From positions 138,322,001 through 138,386,000 of the forward strand of contig OZ024741.1 of the NCBI GenBank assembly GCA_964016885.1: 64,000 nucleotides of DNA, in the 5' to 3' direction. The position numbers were made by a program, and so were the translations under genes. Under the pieces are notes generated by a model. The model was not told the origin of the DNA, did not search any database, and saw nothing but the letters and a program-made list of their open reading frames with translations. Position 1 is the stretch's first letter. Every line of letters starts with the position of its first letter. This document shows, piece by piece, positions 12,001 to 25,607 of the stretch. This stretch comes from Eledone cirrhosa. Its lineage: Eukaryota.

Positions 12001-13009
12001 AAATCCTTAAAAATATCTAATTTTCATACAAATTATTTAAATGGACAAACGAGGCAAAAAATGGGTCCTGCTTGAAATAGACATTATCAACAAAGAAAAA
12101 CAATATATCAACAAATAATAATGATAATAACAATAAATAACCGAATATCGCTAGCGTAACTGGAAGCAATTAAATGCTTGTAGTAACACAGAAAATGCTA
12201 GTTACCAAATCTAATACTCTAAATAACCTGGTGGCATTAATGTTAGCAATATTGAACATGTATACATTTTATAGCCTTGAGACATGATTGGGTTTGAAAT
12301 TGATGGTTTTCTTCGATATTAAAACTAAATATATAGAATCAAAAATTTTAAAATAAATGTTTATAATATTTAATATATGGCAAAATAGTGACATTAATTT
12401 TGTTCGGCTAAATAAGCCGAGAAAAGTATGATTGTAAATAATTCTGCAAAATCTGCAATGATGCATCGTATGAGTTGTTATGTAAATAGCTTAATAAGGA
12501 ATTTAAGGTTTTGTTGTGGAATAGATTGTACCAGTTCACCATCGACGGAAGATCTTCATCGTTAAACTAACGTATAAGTACTCTAAAAATCTCACGAAAT
12601 TTCTGGGAGATTCAGCATGAAGCATAATTTGCCATGGCTAGTCATTGAATTACAGGTACAGTCCATCCAATGGATATGCAAACAGTTACAGTCTACCCAA
12701 TGTAACTCATAAGGATATATCGATGCGAGGCCATGGCAAATGAGGCTTCATCAAAATGCCACGCAGTGGGATTGAATCTTAGAAGTGAATTGCTTAAAAT
12801 GTCGACCTTCATATGTCAGTGTTGTTTTTATGATTGTAATGGCAACAGGAAAATACACATTTTTCTCTAATGGTACATTATCAAAGAAAAAGAGAACATC
12901 AGCGCTTTGTCGCCTCGCACTTTAATATTTGAAGTTCAATCACACTGGAAGTTAACTTCGATTTTCATATTTTAGGAATCGATAAAATGAAAAGTAAATT
13001 AATCGGATC

Positions 13010-14830
13010 GTTACATTAGGAGTGAACCATCGGAAGAAGGATACATGAGAAAGATGCATGAATTGTGAATGAAAAGAAGGATGAGAGAACTTACTTCTCA
13101 AAGGCTGACTGTTCAGGTTAGAAACATCAAAATCAAGAACGTAGTATCCAAGGTAGAACTAATAGAGATTCCTCGCATAGTCCATGCTGAAGAAGGCTCT
13201 GAACGTTTGATTAAAGAAGATCTGAAAGAGAAGGACTCGGTTGACAAGCCTGAAGAACGTGCTATTAAGGAAAACATAATAAGAGTTAAGGAAGTACGAG
13301 TTACCATGCCATCTCACCCAGCCGAACTGGTGAAATTCCAGAGGTTAGACATTGATAACGAAAATGATAACATCAGAGTGTTGACTAAAGAGGAAAGGAA
13401 TTTATTAGCAAGGGTAAGAGATACCTATAAGCGTCACTTACCATTGGTGATCCCGTCTATGAAAAAAACCTCAAATGGGATAAGATCAACGCTGAGACAG
13501 AATCAGTCAACACCATTATTGCTAACGTTAAACCCAACGCCATTAGTGAAACACATAAGCTGCTCACCATTGCAGCATTATTTGCTGTCGAAAGACTGGG
13601 AGTTAATCCGCCAACGGGGAAAACTCGAAGCTCCATTCTAGAAACGTAGAATTGAAACACCATTAAATGGAGAAAACATCTTAGTATCCTGGAAGAAATA
13701 AATTAGGTAAATCATGATCTTAAATCTAAGGAATGAACGATATTGAACGATAAACATGATCTTGAAGTTCTAGGCTATATTGCTGTGATCAGTCAACGTA
13801 AGGCAAAAGCACAACGTGGCAGTCTAAAAATTGGGAATTTTGAACGAACAACCGCAATTCTATCAAAGTAAATATTTTCGATCATACCTTCTTCAGTTTT
13901 ATAGTACATGCAAAACGGTAAAAGTTCTTCTTGATCCTGTTGCGGCAATTGAATTTTGGAAGAACATCTGGGGAATATATCCTCATAATGATGAGACAGA
14001 GTAGCTTAAAAGAGTAAAACATCAACTAAGCCAGAATATGAAACAAGATAACATAAGATGATGTCAAGTGATGTCAAACAGTTTGTTACATCATTCGCTA
14101 GCTGGAAGACATCTAACCCTGGCAGCCTCCAAGGATTCTGGTACGAGAAAAGGAGCAAGTGAGAGCGGCTAGAAGTCCCAAATCGGATGACCAAGGGTCG
14201 AACAGTCCTTATAGTGAAGAACAAAGTGAAGAGAAATGTGGCTGCCAATTACCGAGCGATAGCATGCGTGTCAATTATTTGGAAACAGTTGAGTGGTATT
14301 ATTGGGAACAAGATATACAAACAATTCGAAATGGCGAATCTCCTCTCAAATAGGTGGAAAGGGTGTTTACGAAGGTCCGGGGGAATAAATAACCAGTTGT
14401 TAATTGATAAGACGATTCTAGGGAACTGCAAGAAAACTAAACAGAACTTCGAAAAGGCTTTCATTGATTACGAGAAAGCCTACAGAATGATCTCATAGTA
14501 AAAAGCGTCCATTGGGAGTTATGCAAAAAATCCAACATAGAAACGTAATGTAGTGTTACCAACGTACTCAGGGGAAGGGTAGAGTTATTTGGGGATATTG
14601 AGATCAAGACCACAATGTCCAACACAACCACCCTGATATTGTTGTAGAATCAAACAAGCTCTTAAACTGAACTGTATTTGATATTGCGATCCTAAATTTC
14701 TATCATCACTAGCACTGCCATAACCATATACGATATATTGCGCCTTTGAGATCATTATCTGATATGCAGCCGATTAAGAAGATGCACCAGCAAGCGATTG
14801 CTAGAGAAAGCTTATAAAAGGAACATTATT
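13010..14830 (+). mobile_element. Degenerate, internally deleted R4/Dong-type RLE LINE
   Basis: N-terminal TSQRLTVQVRNI..; RT MTKGRTVLIVK..NYRAIAC..QLLIDK..FIDYEKAY; RLE remnant HNHPDIV. Confidence 0.75.
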
Positions 14831-14879
14831 ATCATTGTTATTATTGTGTTATTTCGTTTAGCTCAGTTCTGTTTCACTT

Positions 14880-17515
14880 TTGCCGAGTTCAGGCCTTGAA
14901 CCTAGGGCAATAGATATTTTCATTGTAGAGAGAGAGAACTCGTCTAAGAATATGTCGTGTTCCTAGTAGCCCGATCTTCTGTAGCTCATATTTGCTGATC
15001 TTGTAGGGAAAGACGCTAATGCTCCTATTGTACAGGGATAGGGTTTGTGGTCATCTCCACATGCGGTTAATCTCTATTTCCAGGACTTTGTATTTTGACA
15101 GCTTTTCCATTGTTTTTATAGATGTATTCCTGTCAGTTGGTACAGAAATATCTATAAGGCGACATCCAATCTGTTTTGCTTTTTTATGATGATATCTGGC
15201 AGCGATTTCTCGGTCGGTTATCACAGGAATATCCGACAAGATGGATATGTTGGCCTTTTCCATGGTTGTTTATGGTTGAATTTCATACCATTTGTTAGAG
15301 GTTTGGATGTCATGAGAGCGACAGAGGATCCAGTGCACATATTGGCAATACTGTGTAGTGATTTTGCCTCCCATTCCCGGTTTAGTTCCTTTGTTCGGAG
15401 TTTCCTTTCTTTGATCTTCACTGTCATTGGTATATATGCAGCACTCTGTTGTTGATTTTCTATTTGTATGTCTTGTTCCATGTTCAGCTTTTGCCTACAT
15501 TTTCATGCCTCTTTTATTATTGAGTGTAGTTTTTTAATTCGTTTATGCTTGAGTACGGGCATAACGAGTTCATTTCGGGTGTGGTGAAGGTAGCTAGCCA
15601 ATGCAATGATTTCTGTTTTGTGTGCAGCTTCCAGTTGTCGGAGCTCCCTTCCACCTTCTCTCCTTGATATATACAGCCTATGTACATAGGCTTTAGTGCG
15701 ATGCACTTTTTCCATTGTCAATAGTTTCCTTGACTTAGTGTCAAACGTTTGCAGTTCTTGCATGTTACCAATTTATGATGTCTGTTACCACTGGTACTGC
15801 TAGACTGTTAATACTTTTTGTTACAAGTCTCGCTCTCTTGATGTACTCCTTCCGTATATTTTCCTTCATACTGGATTCCATCTCCTTCATTAACTCTAAG
15901 ATATTTGTAGAAACCTTCAAGTTCCATTATAGTAGTTTGTTGGTCTATGACCATATCTATATTGTTAGAAAGCAATCCTCTCTTGAATGTGGCTTTTGCA
16001 CACTTGTCTAGTACAAATTCCATATGGATGTCCTCACTGAATTGATTCATTGTGTCCAATAAACCTTCCAGCTGCCCACCATCTTTTCTAAATAGTTTGA
16101 TATCATCCATAAAAAAGTGTGACTGTAGTATCTGTTGTCTATCTTATATCCATAGACTGTCCTCCACAGTAACTGACTTAACGGCGCAACTGACATACAG
16201 AAGAACAAAGAGGACAATGAGTCGCCTTGGAATATTCTACGATTAATCTTCATATATGTAGATTCCAGTGGTCCGTTGTGATGTTGAAGGACCATCATAG
16301 CTTTCCAGTCTGTCATCATTACCTTCAGGAAAGTTGCTATCTCCGGTGCTATGTGCTACATTTCTAGTGTGTTTATGATCCATTAATGAGGTACGCTGTC
16401 GAATGCCCTCTTGTAGTCTATCCAGGCCACTGACAGGTTTTTATTTTTCTGGTTGCAGTTTTCCGTAATGATCCATGTGCCAGTAGCTGATCTTTGCACC
16501 CATAACCCATCGTTTACAGCCTTTTTGTTCAGGTGGCAATAGGTCTCCACAGACGAGGTAATTGTAGAGCCTGTTGGTAATCACTGATGTGGGGTCTTTG
16601 TACATCGTTGGGCGACATATAATTGGTCTGTAGATTGGGGGATTTTCTGTGCATTCATTCTACGGTAAAAATACATTATGCCACTTGTTATCCATTTTGG
16701 GACCTTCTTGGGTTTGCTACAATCTTGGAGAATTCAGCAGCCAAGGTCTCATGGAGCACATCCATATATTTCAGCTAGAAATTCTGCACGCCATCTCTGA
16801 CTGTTGATTTCCAGTTTTCAACATTGCTGACTGCTGTTTTAATTCCTTGTGAGATAATCTCATTCCATTACTGAGTGCAGGCAGGGATTTCCAATTGTTC
16901 CAGCCATGTGGCATTGGAGTTGTGGTATTGAGCTTTTTCCCACATATTTGCCGCAAAGTGTTCAACGTCATCAAGCTTAGTTCAACATTTTCCGTACCTA
17001 ACTATCTGTTAAATCGGTGGCAGCAACGATGTTGTGTTGTTTAAATCAGGTAGCTCTTCTTTTTTTGCATTTTCTTAGTCTCTGCGCCTTTGCCTGTATC
17101 TTTTGCTTAATTGATTTAGCCCTCTCTTTCCAGTCAGCTGTCCGGTTGGCCTTGGGGTTTGATGTCAATTCTCTTATCAATTTCGGATACGAGAGCGACA
17201 TCTCTACCCAACTCTGCAATTTGTTCCAGCTGTGCCTGCCATTTCGACATTCCCTTTGTGTATATTTTCCCTCTTCGTATTTTGGGGTGCCGCTTGCCAG
17301 CAATCACGGTTGCAGTGGCATATAGCAGCTAATTAATTTCATCAAGTGTCAGTGGTTTTCCGTTAGTCGCCTCTGATTATATCTAGTGCTTCGTTAGCTA
17401 GGTTGACCTTCTTTAGTTGATGCGACTTTGGGCACTTTCTGGAGTTTTATCCGATCTATCAAGTTCTGCATTTTCAGAATCTCCCACTCACGCAGAATAT
17501 ATTCCTTCATTGTCC
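14880..17515 (-). mobile_element. Degenerate R4/Dong-type RLE LINE
   Basis: RT IFQGDSLS, MDDIKLF, LDKCAK, RLYISRREGGR; RLE LIDISVPTD..EKLSKY..LEIEINRMW; many stops and frameshifts. Confidence 0.85.
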
Positions 17516-17559
17516 AGACAGAAGGATCAACCTATATGTTTATTATTATTATTGTTATT

Positions 17560-18310
17560 TTGGAGTCTCAGTCATTGAAGTTATTTAACTGGAAAGTTTG
17601 TTGAAATGAACATCAAGCCGCTACTTGCAGCCTCAGATTTTTAGGATGTATCATCGATTCATTGTCGTTCTAAGCAAGCATGCTTTTGAAGTGTTCCAAA
17701 AAAAGAGGGCTGGGATAATGTTCTTTAAACATCCACGAAAACTCTTCGACATAGTATCTAGTGCTCCTATGACAATCGGGATGACCTTAATCTCATGATA
17801 ATTCCTAATCCTTTTTATTTCCTACTTTAAATTGTTATAGGTTGATTTTCTCCTCTTTTTCTTACACTCTTGTGTTAAAGGGGCAGGCTACATCTACAAT
17901 CAGGCACGATCTCTTGTCCTTGTCAAAAGCCACCTGGTCAGGCCTATTATGTTCTAAATTCTTGTCTGACTGTATCCTGACATCATATAGCATCTTCACT
18001 TGATCGTTTTCTATCAACGACTCTGGCTAATGCTCATACCACTTCTCAGAATGTGGTAAAGTATTTAGTTTGCATAAATTCCAGTGAATCGCCTTTCGTA
18101 GTATATCATGCCACTAGCCTTTATAGTGTGTCTGGGCTAGGTGTTAACACTCGGATAGAACGTGAGCCACTGTCTCCTCTCTCTCTCACTCCACAGATCC
18201 TACAGGGTGAGCTAGCCTCCACCTTGTCAACATGGTGTTTCACCCACTTCGTTCTGAACGCCTGCACTTGTGCAGCCATTAGCATTCCTTCTGTAGCTTT
18301 TTTTAAGGTA
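17560..18310 (-). mobile_element. R4/Dong-type LINE 3' fragment (zinc knuckle plus RLE)
   Basis: Minus-strand translation TEGMLMAAQ..CRICG..WYEH..HNRPD..LIVDVACPF..IPIVIGAL. Confidence 0.8.
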
Positions 18311-18335
18311 TCTTCTTCTTCTTCTTCTTCTTCTT

Positions 18336-18425
<90 letters not shown>
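18311..18425. repeat. (TTC)n-(TTA)n compound microsatellite
   Basis: Direct reading. Confidence 0.95.
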
Positions 18426-19001
18426 GAATGCTATGGTTGACGGAGGCTCGGCTCTGTAAGGTATTGTAAATTTTGACCGCTATAACAATTGTAAATTGTT
18501 TAAAACTTTAACCAACTTGTAGACAAACACACCCTCCTCCTCGTGAGAGGGGTCTTTCTGACCGTTATTTGGCCCTTCGTGGTTAAATAACCGCCTATTG
18601 AGGTTTTGTGCCTAATATTTATTTTAAACCAAAAAACAATATGGCTACGAAAAAGAATGTTCATAGGTCACTCCCACTCATTCCGTCTTCTTCTTCCTCA
18701 ATCGTCACTACAGCAGAGAAAAGATTGTCTCTCTCCTTCCCTTCTCTAAATGTGTCTCTCTCCCTGCCTTCTCTTTCGCAGCGACGCCAGAAAAGAAAAA
18801 TCACGTGCAAAGCGAGCAAGATTTCTCCACGACGACGACGACAACGACGAAAATGTGTGCGGGAAATACGAAAACCCATTTCATTCGCCTGACGTCAGGA
18901 ATAATAGCAGTAGCAGCCGTAATAACAGCAGCAACAGTGACAAGGAAAACAACAGTAGCAGCCGCAACAGCATCAGCAGCAGCATAAACAACAACAGCAT
19001 T

Positions 19002-19035
<34 letters not shown>

Positions 19036-19165
19036 ACAACCACAGCAACAGCGGCGGCGGCAGTAGTCGTAGTACCTGCAGCATCAACAAAAGTAACAGC
19101 AGCTCTGACGACAACAACAACAACAACAGCAGCAAAGAAAAACCATCTCGTTTGCAGGTATCGCA

Positions 19166-20190
19166 ATGAACCTGGAAACCATCCTCATAACAAATGAGGA
19201 ATTAGAGGAAGCGAAGAAGATGGTGACAAAAACTGGACACCGAGCAATCTGCAAGGAAGCGGAAAAACTTTTCGAAACCCAACAGCACTGTACGGTCACG
19301 TACCGTACAGTAAGTACAAAATCCCGTAGGGTTGAAAGAGCCACAGAGGCTCAAATACAAAAAGCATTGGGATCTGTGTGGCAGCGGAAAACGCACATCA
19401 CCCGAGGCAAGAAATATGCCACCGTAGACGTACTTTTGCCACACCCCAGGAGGCAAAGGCTCAATCCTTAGTGACCCTAAGGAGCGAGGAAATGGCGTTG
19501 GTGCCCTCCTACTGCGGGCAAAAAATTGTGAGGGTCAAACTGACCCACGTCCCACCCGGGATGGCCCCTTCTTGGCTGGCCGCGTCTGTCCTCGTCGGAA
19601 TCGAGGACAAAACAACTGTACTTCAAGTACAGAAAAAAGTAAGAGAAGATTGGGTCGGCACCTCCATTGAGATGTTAATCCAAACCAACCAGGAGTGCAT
19701 CGAAGCTATCCCGGATGTGATAGACTTCGATAACGGCACTCAACTGCCCATAAGTGTTGAGGGCAAACGCCCGAAATGCTTTCGCTGTGGATCGAAGACT
19801 CACCTCAGGGCCTTCTGCAACGAGAAGACCCTGAGAAAGGAGAAAATCCCCCTCCTTCCGAAACCGGATCCACGGCTACCAGCAACAGGACAAGCGGCAA
19901 GCAGGAACGATAGGTCCGTGGCACCCATACCCACGCCACGGAAATCAAAAAGAGCAGCAGCAGTGGAAGTATTAACAACAACAACAGCAATACCAAATGA
20001 AACTGCAACAGAGACTCCAGTGCAAACATCACCAACAATAACAAGTGAAAGAGTGGAGCTGTTACCCCTCCCCGACCTCACAGAATCAGACATGGAGTGT
20101 GAGGTGGGAGAGGGATGGAAAAATGGTCGTAAGAAGGCACAAACGCAGAAGCAGCGCATCGTCGCCTTTGAAAAGGGAGGAAAGAAATGA
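19166..20190 (+). pseudogene. L1/Tx1 ORF1 (gag-like), frameshifted
   Basis: VRVKLTHVPP; VEGKRPKCFRCGSKTHLRAFC (CX2CX4HX4C). Confidence 0.85.
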
Positions 20191-20790
20191 AAAAAGGGTA
20201 AAGGCTACTGCAAAGAGACTCACAGCCGCAACACCACCAACACCATCACCACCCACACTAGCACCACCATCACCACCGGCGACAACCCCACCAACAACAA
20301 CACCTTCAACACCACCACCACAAGCACCAACATCGCAAACACAACAAAACACACACACCCAGCAACAACGACAAGAAAATAGCAGAACCACACACCACCC
20401 CCTGAAAAACAAATGCACGGCAATAAATACACACAACAAGAAACTAATGACTTACATAATTGAACACACAGACATTTCACAACACGACTACATAATACCA
20501 GCACCAATCAAAACGCCAACTAACATATGACTGCTAAAAATAGCACAGAAACAATACACACAAATTAAAACGAAATTCCCCAACGCAGTTGGTGATTTCA
20601 GAGACCTAGGCGGGACACTCAACCGAAGAGTATATTCGGACATACTCATAGAAGAGCTGACGACCAGCCGAAGGGACGATTCAACGGTCCCTTCACCAGA
20701 CGATCAAGTGAAAAGGGATGAAAAAACCACCCCTCCTCTACGAAAAGTACGGTAAGTGGTCTTTCCCATCTTTTCAACTCTATTTTAAAC

Positions 20791-23700
20791 ATGACCTCAC
20801 TCAGAATAGGCAGCATAAATGCACGTGGCTCGGGGTCGTCATGGAAGCAGGGCCACCTGCTCAACGACCTCAGGTCACTAAACATAGATGTAGTGGCCAT
20901 CAGCGAGACCAGAATCTCCGAAGCACGGGCCTTCGCACCGATATTCGGCGGCTACGATGTGTACGCAACTCCCAGCCGTCCTGGATGGAGGGGGGGGGGG
21001 GGTGTTGCTGTGCTTTTTCGTAGAGGTTTGGATCTCGCCATACGGGCCATTTCCTGGACCCTGAGGGTAAGTTGGTGGTGCTAGACGTGACCAGCGGAGA
21101 CGGGCAAGTTTTCAGGCTAGTGGCCGTCTATGCCCCGACAGGAGCAGGGCGGCCTGATATCTTCCGACGTCTGGAAACTTTTCTTGGAACGTCCCGCTCT
21201 TTAGTGTTAGTGGGCGACTGGAACGGGATCTTAGATGCACGCTGGGACTGTGTGGGATTAGCGGATAGGGGTGGAGGGTGCAAGAGCCTCACCAACCTGC
21301 TCAGGCGTTTTGAACTGTCTGACAGGTACCGATTAGATTTCACGAATGTGCCAATGTGGACTTGGACAAATCCCATAGGGTCATCCAGATCATATCTAGA
21401 TAGAGTAGTTTGTAGAGAAATAGATAGGTCTAGCATAGGCTGTCCGCAATTCACGATAGTCAGCTACACGGACCACACATTCGTGATCTGTGTGCTTGAC
21501 TTAGATAGGCTTCATAGACGAGGACCCGGCTACTGGAACCTAAACGCGTCCTTACCAGCGCGCAAGGCCTACAGAGACCGGATTAGCGAACTAGTTAAGG
21601 GGGCGTTGACAGGGGCCATCGTCAACAACAAGTGGTGGTTTGCTCTGAAAAGAACAATTAGAATAGAGTCCATTAGGTTTAGTAAGGCTTTAGCAATAGA
21701 CAAAAATAGAGCAGAGGGAGAATTAGTTAGAAAATTAGACGAGGCGCTTAGCAAAGGCATCGCAACCGACGTTCTTGCGGCGAAATTGGCCCTTGACCAA
21801 TTCTTCAATGCAAAGCACGAAGGCTGCGTTGTCAGAGCTAGGGTGGGTGCTCTCAGACAGGAGGGGACGAAAGCCGTTCAATGGGTCCGAGTGGCGGAGG
21901 CGCGTCGTGGCAACAAAGCCACGATCCGGTCTTTGGTGGACCACGACGGGCCCATGCTACTCGATCCCGGGCAAATGTGTGAAGCTTTTCAGCGACAATT
22001 CGCCCAGTTGTTCGGGGGCAGCGGCGGGCCGGATCGAGGGATGGATTTAGTGTCTATTTCGCCGGACTGCCGCGGCTCTCGGCCACTGAGGTGGAGTGTT
22101 GCGAAAAGCCGATAACAGCCGCTGAAGTAAGGGAGGCAATGACTGGCTCCACAAGGGGTAAATCCCCTGGTTTGGATAGTCTGCCTTATGAACTTTACGT
22201 AAAATGCTAGACTTGTTCGGAGGCCTCTTGGCGGACGTCTACTGCAATTGGCAACAGAACGGGAGAATTCCCAGCTCTGTGAGCCGAGGAGCTGTGGCGC
22301 TGCTGAGAAAGGATCCGAACAAGGGGGATAACAGATAATTTTAGGCCCAAAACTCTGCTAAACACAGAGTTCAAGATTTTGGCCAAGTTGCTAGCAAAGA
22401 GGTTGGCGCTTGTCGTTGGTGGTCTGGTGGGAGAGGCGCAGACATGCGTCATTCCCGACAGATGCATCCACGACAACCTCCACCTCATGCGATACATCGT
22501 AGAGAGGGTAGCTAGGGAACCTGGCACGGGTGGGTCCTTGATCGATTTAGATCAGTCGAAACTTTCGATAGGGTCGACCATCGTTACCTAGCGGCAGGCC
22601 TGAGGGCGGCTGGCTTTGGGCCCGTCTTCAGAGGCTGGATCGCTGCCATGCACAGCGACATCTGCTCTGTGGTGATAGTGAACGGTCACCTTTCGGAACC
22701 GTTCAACATCATGTGTTCGATCCGCCAAGGATGTCCCCTCTCGTCCCTCTTGTACGTATTGACTCTCGAGCCATTATTGCACAAACTGGAGACGTTGAGG
22801 GGGTCCCGCGCGAACTAGGATGCGGAAGATTCGTCTCAGCATATGCGGACGATGTCACCGTAGTGATGTCGATCGCCAAACACATCGAGGCGATCGGCAC
22901 TACACTAAGAGAATACGAAGCGGTGACAGTAGCAATGATCAACCAGAAAAAGTCAGTGGGCCAGCAGCTCGGCATCTGGAGAGGCAGGTCCATGCCGTCC
23001 AACAGCGTCGTCGGGCGCTGGAGGGACGGACCAGTTAAATTGGTCGGGGTCTGGTTCGGTCTGGATCTCCAGATAGACAAAAACTGGGACGAGGTGACGA
23101 GCAGGGTGGCTTCTCTCACCCAGAAATGGGCCGAGAGGAAGCTATAACTGAAAGCTCGAGCGGAGGTGGCTAACGTGTATATCGCGTCCGTCATCTACTA
23201 CCGCCTGACCGTCGTACCTTGTCCTAAGCCCCGCCTTACTGCGCTGGAGCGTTTTCTCTTTCGCTTTTTGTGGAAGGGACGAGCTCCGATGGTCACGCGG
23301 TCCATCTGCTGTCAACACCCGCTACGTGGAGGGTTGGGTATGCCGTGGCTGATGATGCGCAGACACGCGCTCAGGCTACGACATCTCCACCTCTTCCTCG
23401 ACGGTGATCAGGTGTGGTCTCCGTTTGCTAGACGCGTTTTCCCAAGCTCGTCTCCTTGACGGAGCTGCAGTCCTGGCTCAAGCGAAGACCGAGAGGGAGC
23501 GCTTGGAGACTGGAATGTCTTCAGCCGCTCACAGCACTCGACTAATCGGGCAATGTGATCGGTGGAAACTCCACCTTGCGTTCTATAGAGGATTAGTGGA
23601 GGAGAAGAGCGACGACGTACTTGGGGAAACTCTAGGCGTCGACGAAAATCAACTAGCCAATCTCTTCGGAAGAACTTTCGGGCCGGGGCCTATGGACAAC

Positions 23701-24207
23701 TTCCAGAAATCCCTGGCCTGGCAGTGCTACCGAGGAGCTTTGCCAGTTCGGGATAAACTCTACAGGCATGGAGGTGCCGTCAGCCGGGCATGTCCGAGAT
23801 GCGCGCCGGGCGACGAAACCGTCCTGCACGCACTTGTCCAGTGTGCGAGCATTGCTGACTTGTGGGTTTATGTCGAACACCTGCTGTTGCGTGTAGGACG
23901 GATCCGGCTATCAGCTGAGTCCATCGTGAGGAATGCCCCGCCCTCTTCCTTTAGCCGGGAAGGGCAGGTAGTTTGTATCTGACTGGTGGCCATGGCGAAA
24001 GAGATAGTATGGTGGACACGTTTGAAAGGGCTGAAGACGAGCACTTACCTCTTCGGTGATGCCCTGATTAACTTTTTCAAATTTCATTTGAAAAGGAAAA
24101 TCAGGGTAGAAAGGGAAGTGCTCTCTTCCCAGCATTTTGTTGAAAGATGGGTGAGAGAGGCAAGAATGGCCCGAGTGAATGGGCCTACTCTGAGTATGTG
24201 TCTGTAA
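20791..24207 (+). pseudogene. L1/Tx1 ORF2 (APE endonuclease, reverse transcriptase, zinc finger) with multiple frameshifts
   Basis: IGSINARG, SETR, VYAP, GDWN, SYLD, YTDH; GKSPGLD, QGCPLS, AYADD; CPRCAPGDETVLHALVQC. Confidence 0.92.
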
Positions 24208-24456
24208 ATTAAAGGTGGAAAACTGGGAGAGGGCACTTGCCCTGGTGGTCAGGGTCACTGTGGCTTTTTAATGGGCTTTCTCCAAGAATGTCCCTCGGAA
24301 TTCTCCCCTCTATTGGGGAATGTTTTCATTGTCCTATTATTACATCCTCTGTTTCTTGTTTTTTACACGCAGAAATGCCAATTTGTACCGCCCTGTATTG
24401 TCCTGTACTGTCCGTAATGTCTACTTTATGTAGACCCTTGTGGTTAATAAAGAAAG

Positions 24457-24505
<49 letters not shown>

Positions 24506-24716
24506 GATTGGAAGCATCGGTATGGCGTCCGATAACAAGCTTTATGACCTATAGCTATGTTCCTTTACGTTCTGCGTTCAAATCCCGCCAAGGTTAGCTC
24601 GGCCTTTCATCCATGTGGGCCCGACAAAATTAAGTAACACTACCACACTGGGTTTCATTTAATCTACTTTACCCTTCCCCAAAATTGCTGTCATTATGTC
24701 TAAATCATTATTATTA
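24506..24716 (+). mobile_element. Diverged tRNA-derived SINE
   Basis: GTTCAAATCCCGCC and GCCTTTCATCC core; ATT tail. Confidence 0.7.
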
Positions 24717-25099
24717 TAGTTTCAGATTTTCTCAGTTCTTATAATATTATGATAGTTGATCTCCCAATCAAGTCAAATAAATTCAGATTGTATGTTCGCA
24801 GTTCCCATGAAAGCGGACTTTCACGTAGTTATATTTGGTCAGCGATCAACGCCTTCTATCATTCCATTACTGTATATATTTGCCCCCAAATTGGAACATC
24901 ATTACTAAATCGATTTCATTGACTGTTTCCCATCAAATTTAAATATAATCCAATGTTTAAACGTGAAAAACCTCGGCTATTAGTGGCTAGGGTGTTCATC
25001 TCACAATCATATGTTTATCAGTTCGATTTCCAGTAGTGTTTTTTTGGTTCTTGTAAAAAAGGTACTTTATGTTATGTTCTTTCCTGCCACTTTTATGTT

Positions 25100-25607
25100 A
25101 ATTGCACGAGCAAGTGGTTCTGTTTTTCGAAAGTTTTGAACGTTCGTCATTGGAACGTATTACAGCACACACTTATAGTTACGCAAATATTGAAAGAAAG
25201 CAAGTTTTGGAAATCTGGCTATGAGAGGAATATATAACAATTAGGGACAGGTACGGATTGTTGACTGGTCTGCACAATGTGGGTCATCAACACACGAAAA
25301 TGTTGGAAATTTGATATCCTTCTAACACTAGATTCAGGGGTTGCATTTTTGCATGTTGTTGTACGGCCCCCTACACATTGCGTACACATTTAGCTCAAAT
25401 TCCACATATTATTAAAAAATGCAACTCCTATTATACAATAAAAATTTAGCGATACAGAAAAACGATGCAGAAAACGATGCAACGTTTGCCAGGTAAACAG
25501 CAAAAACAAAATCTATATTTTTTTCACACGTATTATTGCCAATTACCATATGTCCAATATAGCTCTTGCACAAAGAAAACACAGAAGATGATCGACGCCA
25601 ACTCCAT
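25100..25607 (-). pseudogene. Possible decayed secreted Cys-rich protein gene (signal-peptide exon plus phase-1 intron)
   Basis: MELASIIFCVFFVQELYWTY-G|GTAATT; 119-nt intron to TAG|; then VAFFNNMWNLS*MCTQCVGGRTTTC. Confidence 0.25.

Larger units (their letters stand above)
18426..24457 (+). mobile_element. Full-length degenerate L1/Tx1-clade LINE
   Basis: ORF1 with CCHC knuckle; ORF2 APE-RT-zinc; AATAAA at about 24445; (TTA)n on both flanks. Confidence 0.92.

Noticed and set aside
18750-19169. N/S-, A/V- and L-rich ORFs
   Set aside because: (CAA/CAG)n low-complexity tract in the LINE 5' region.
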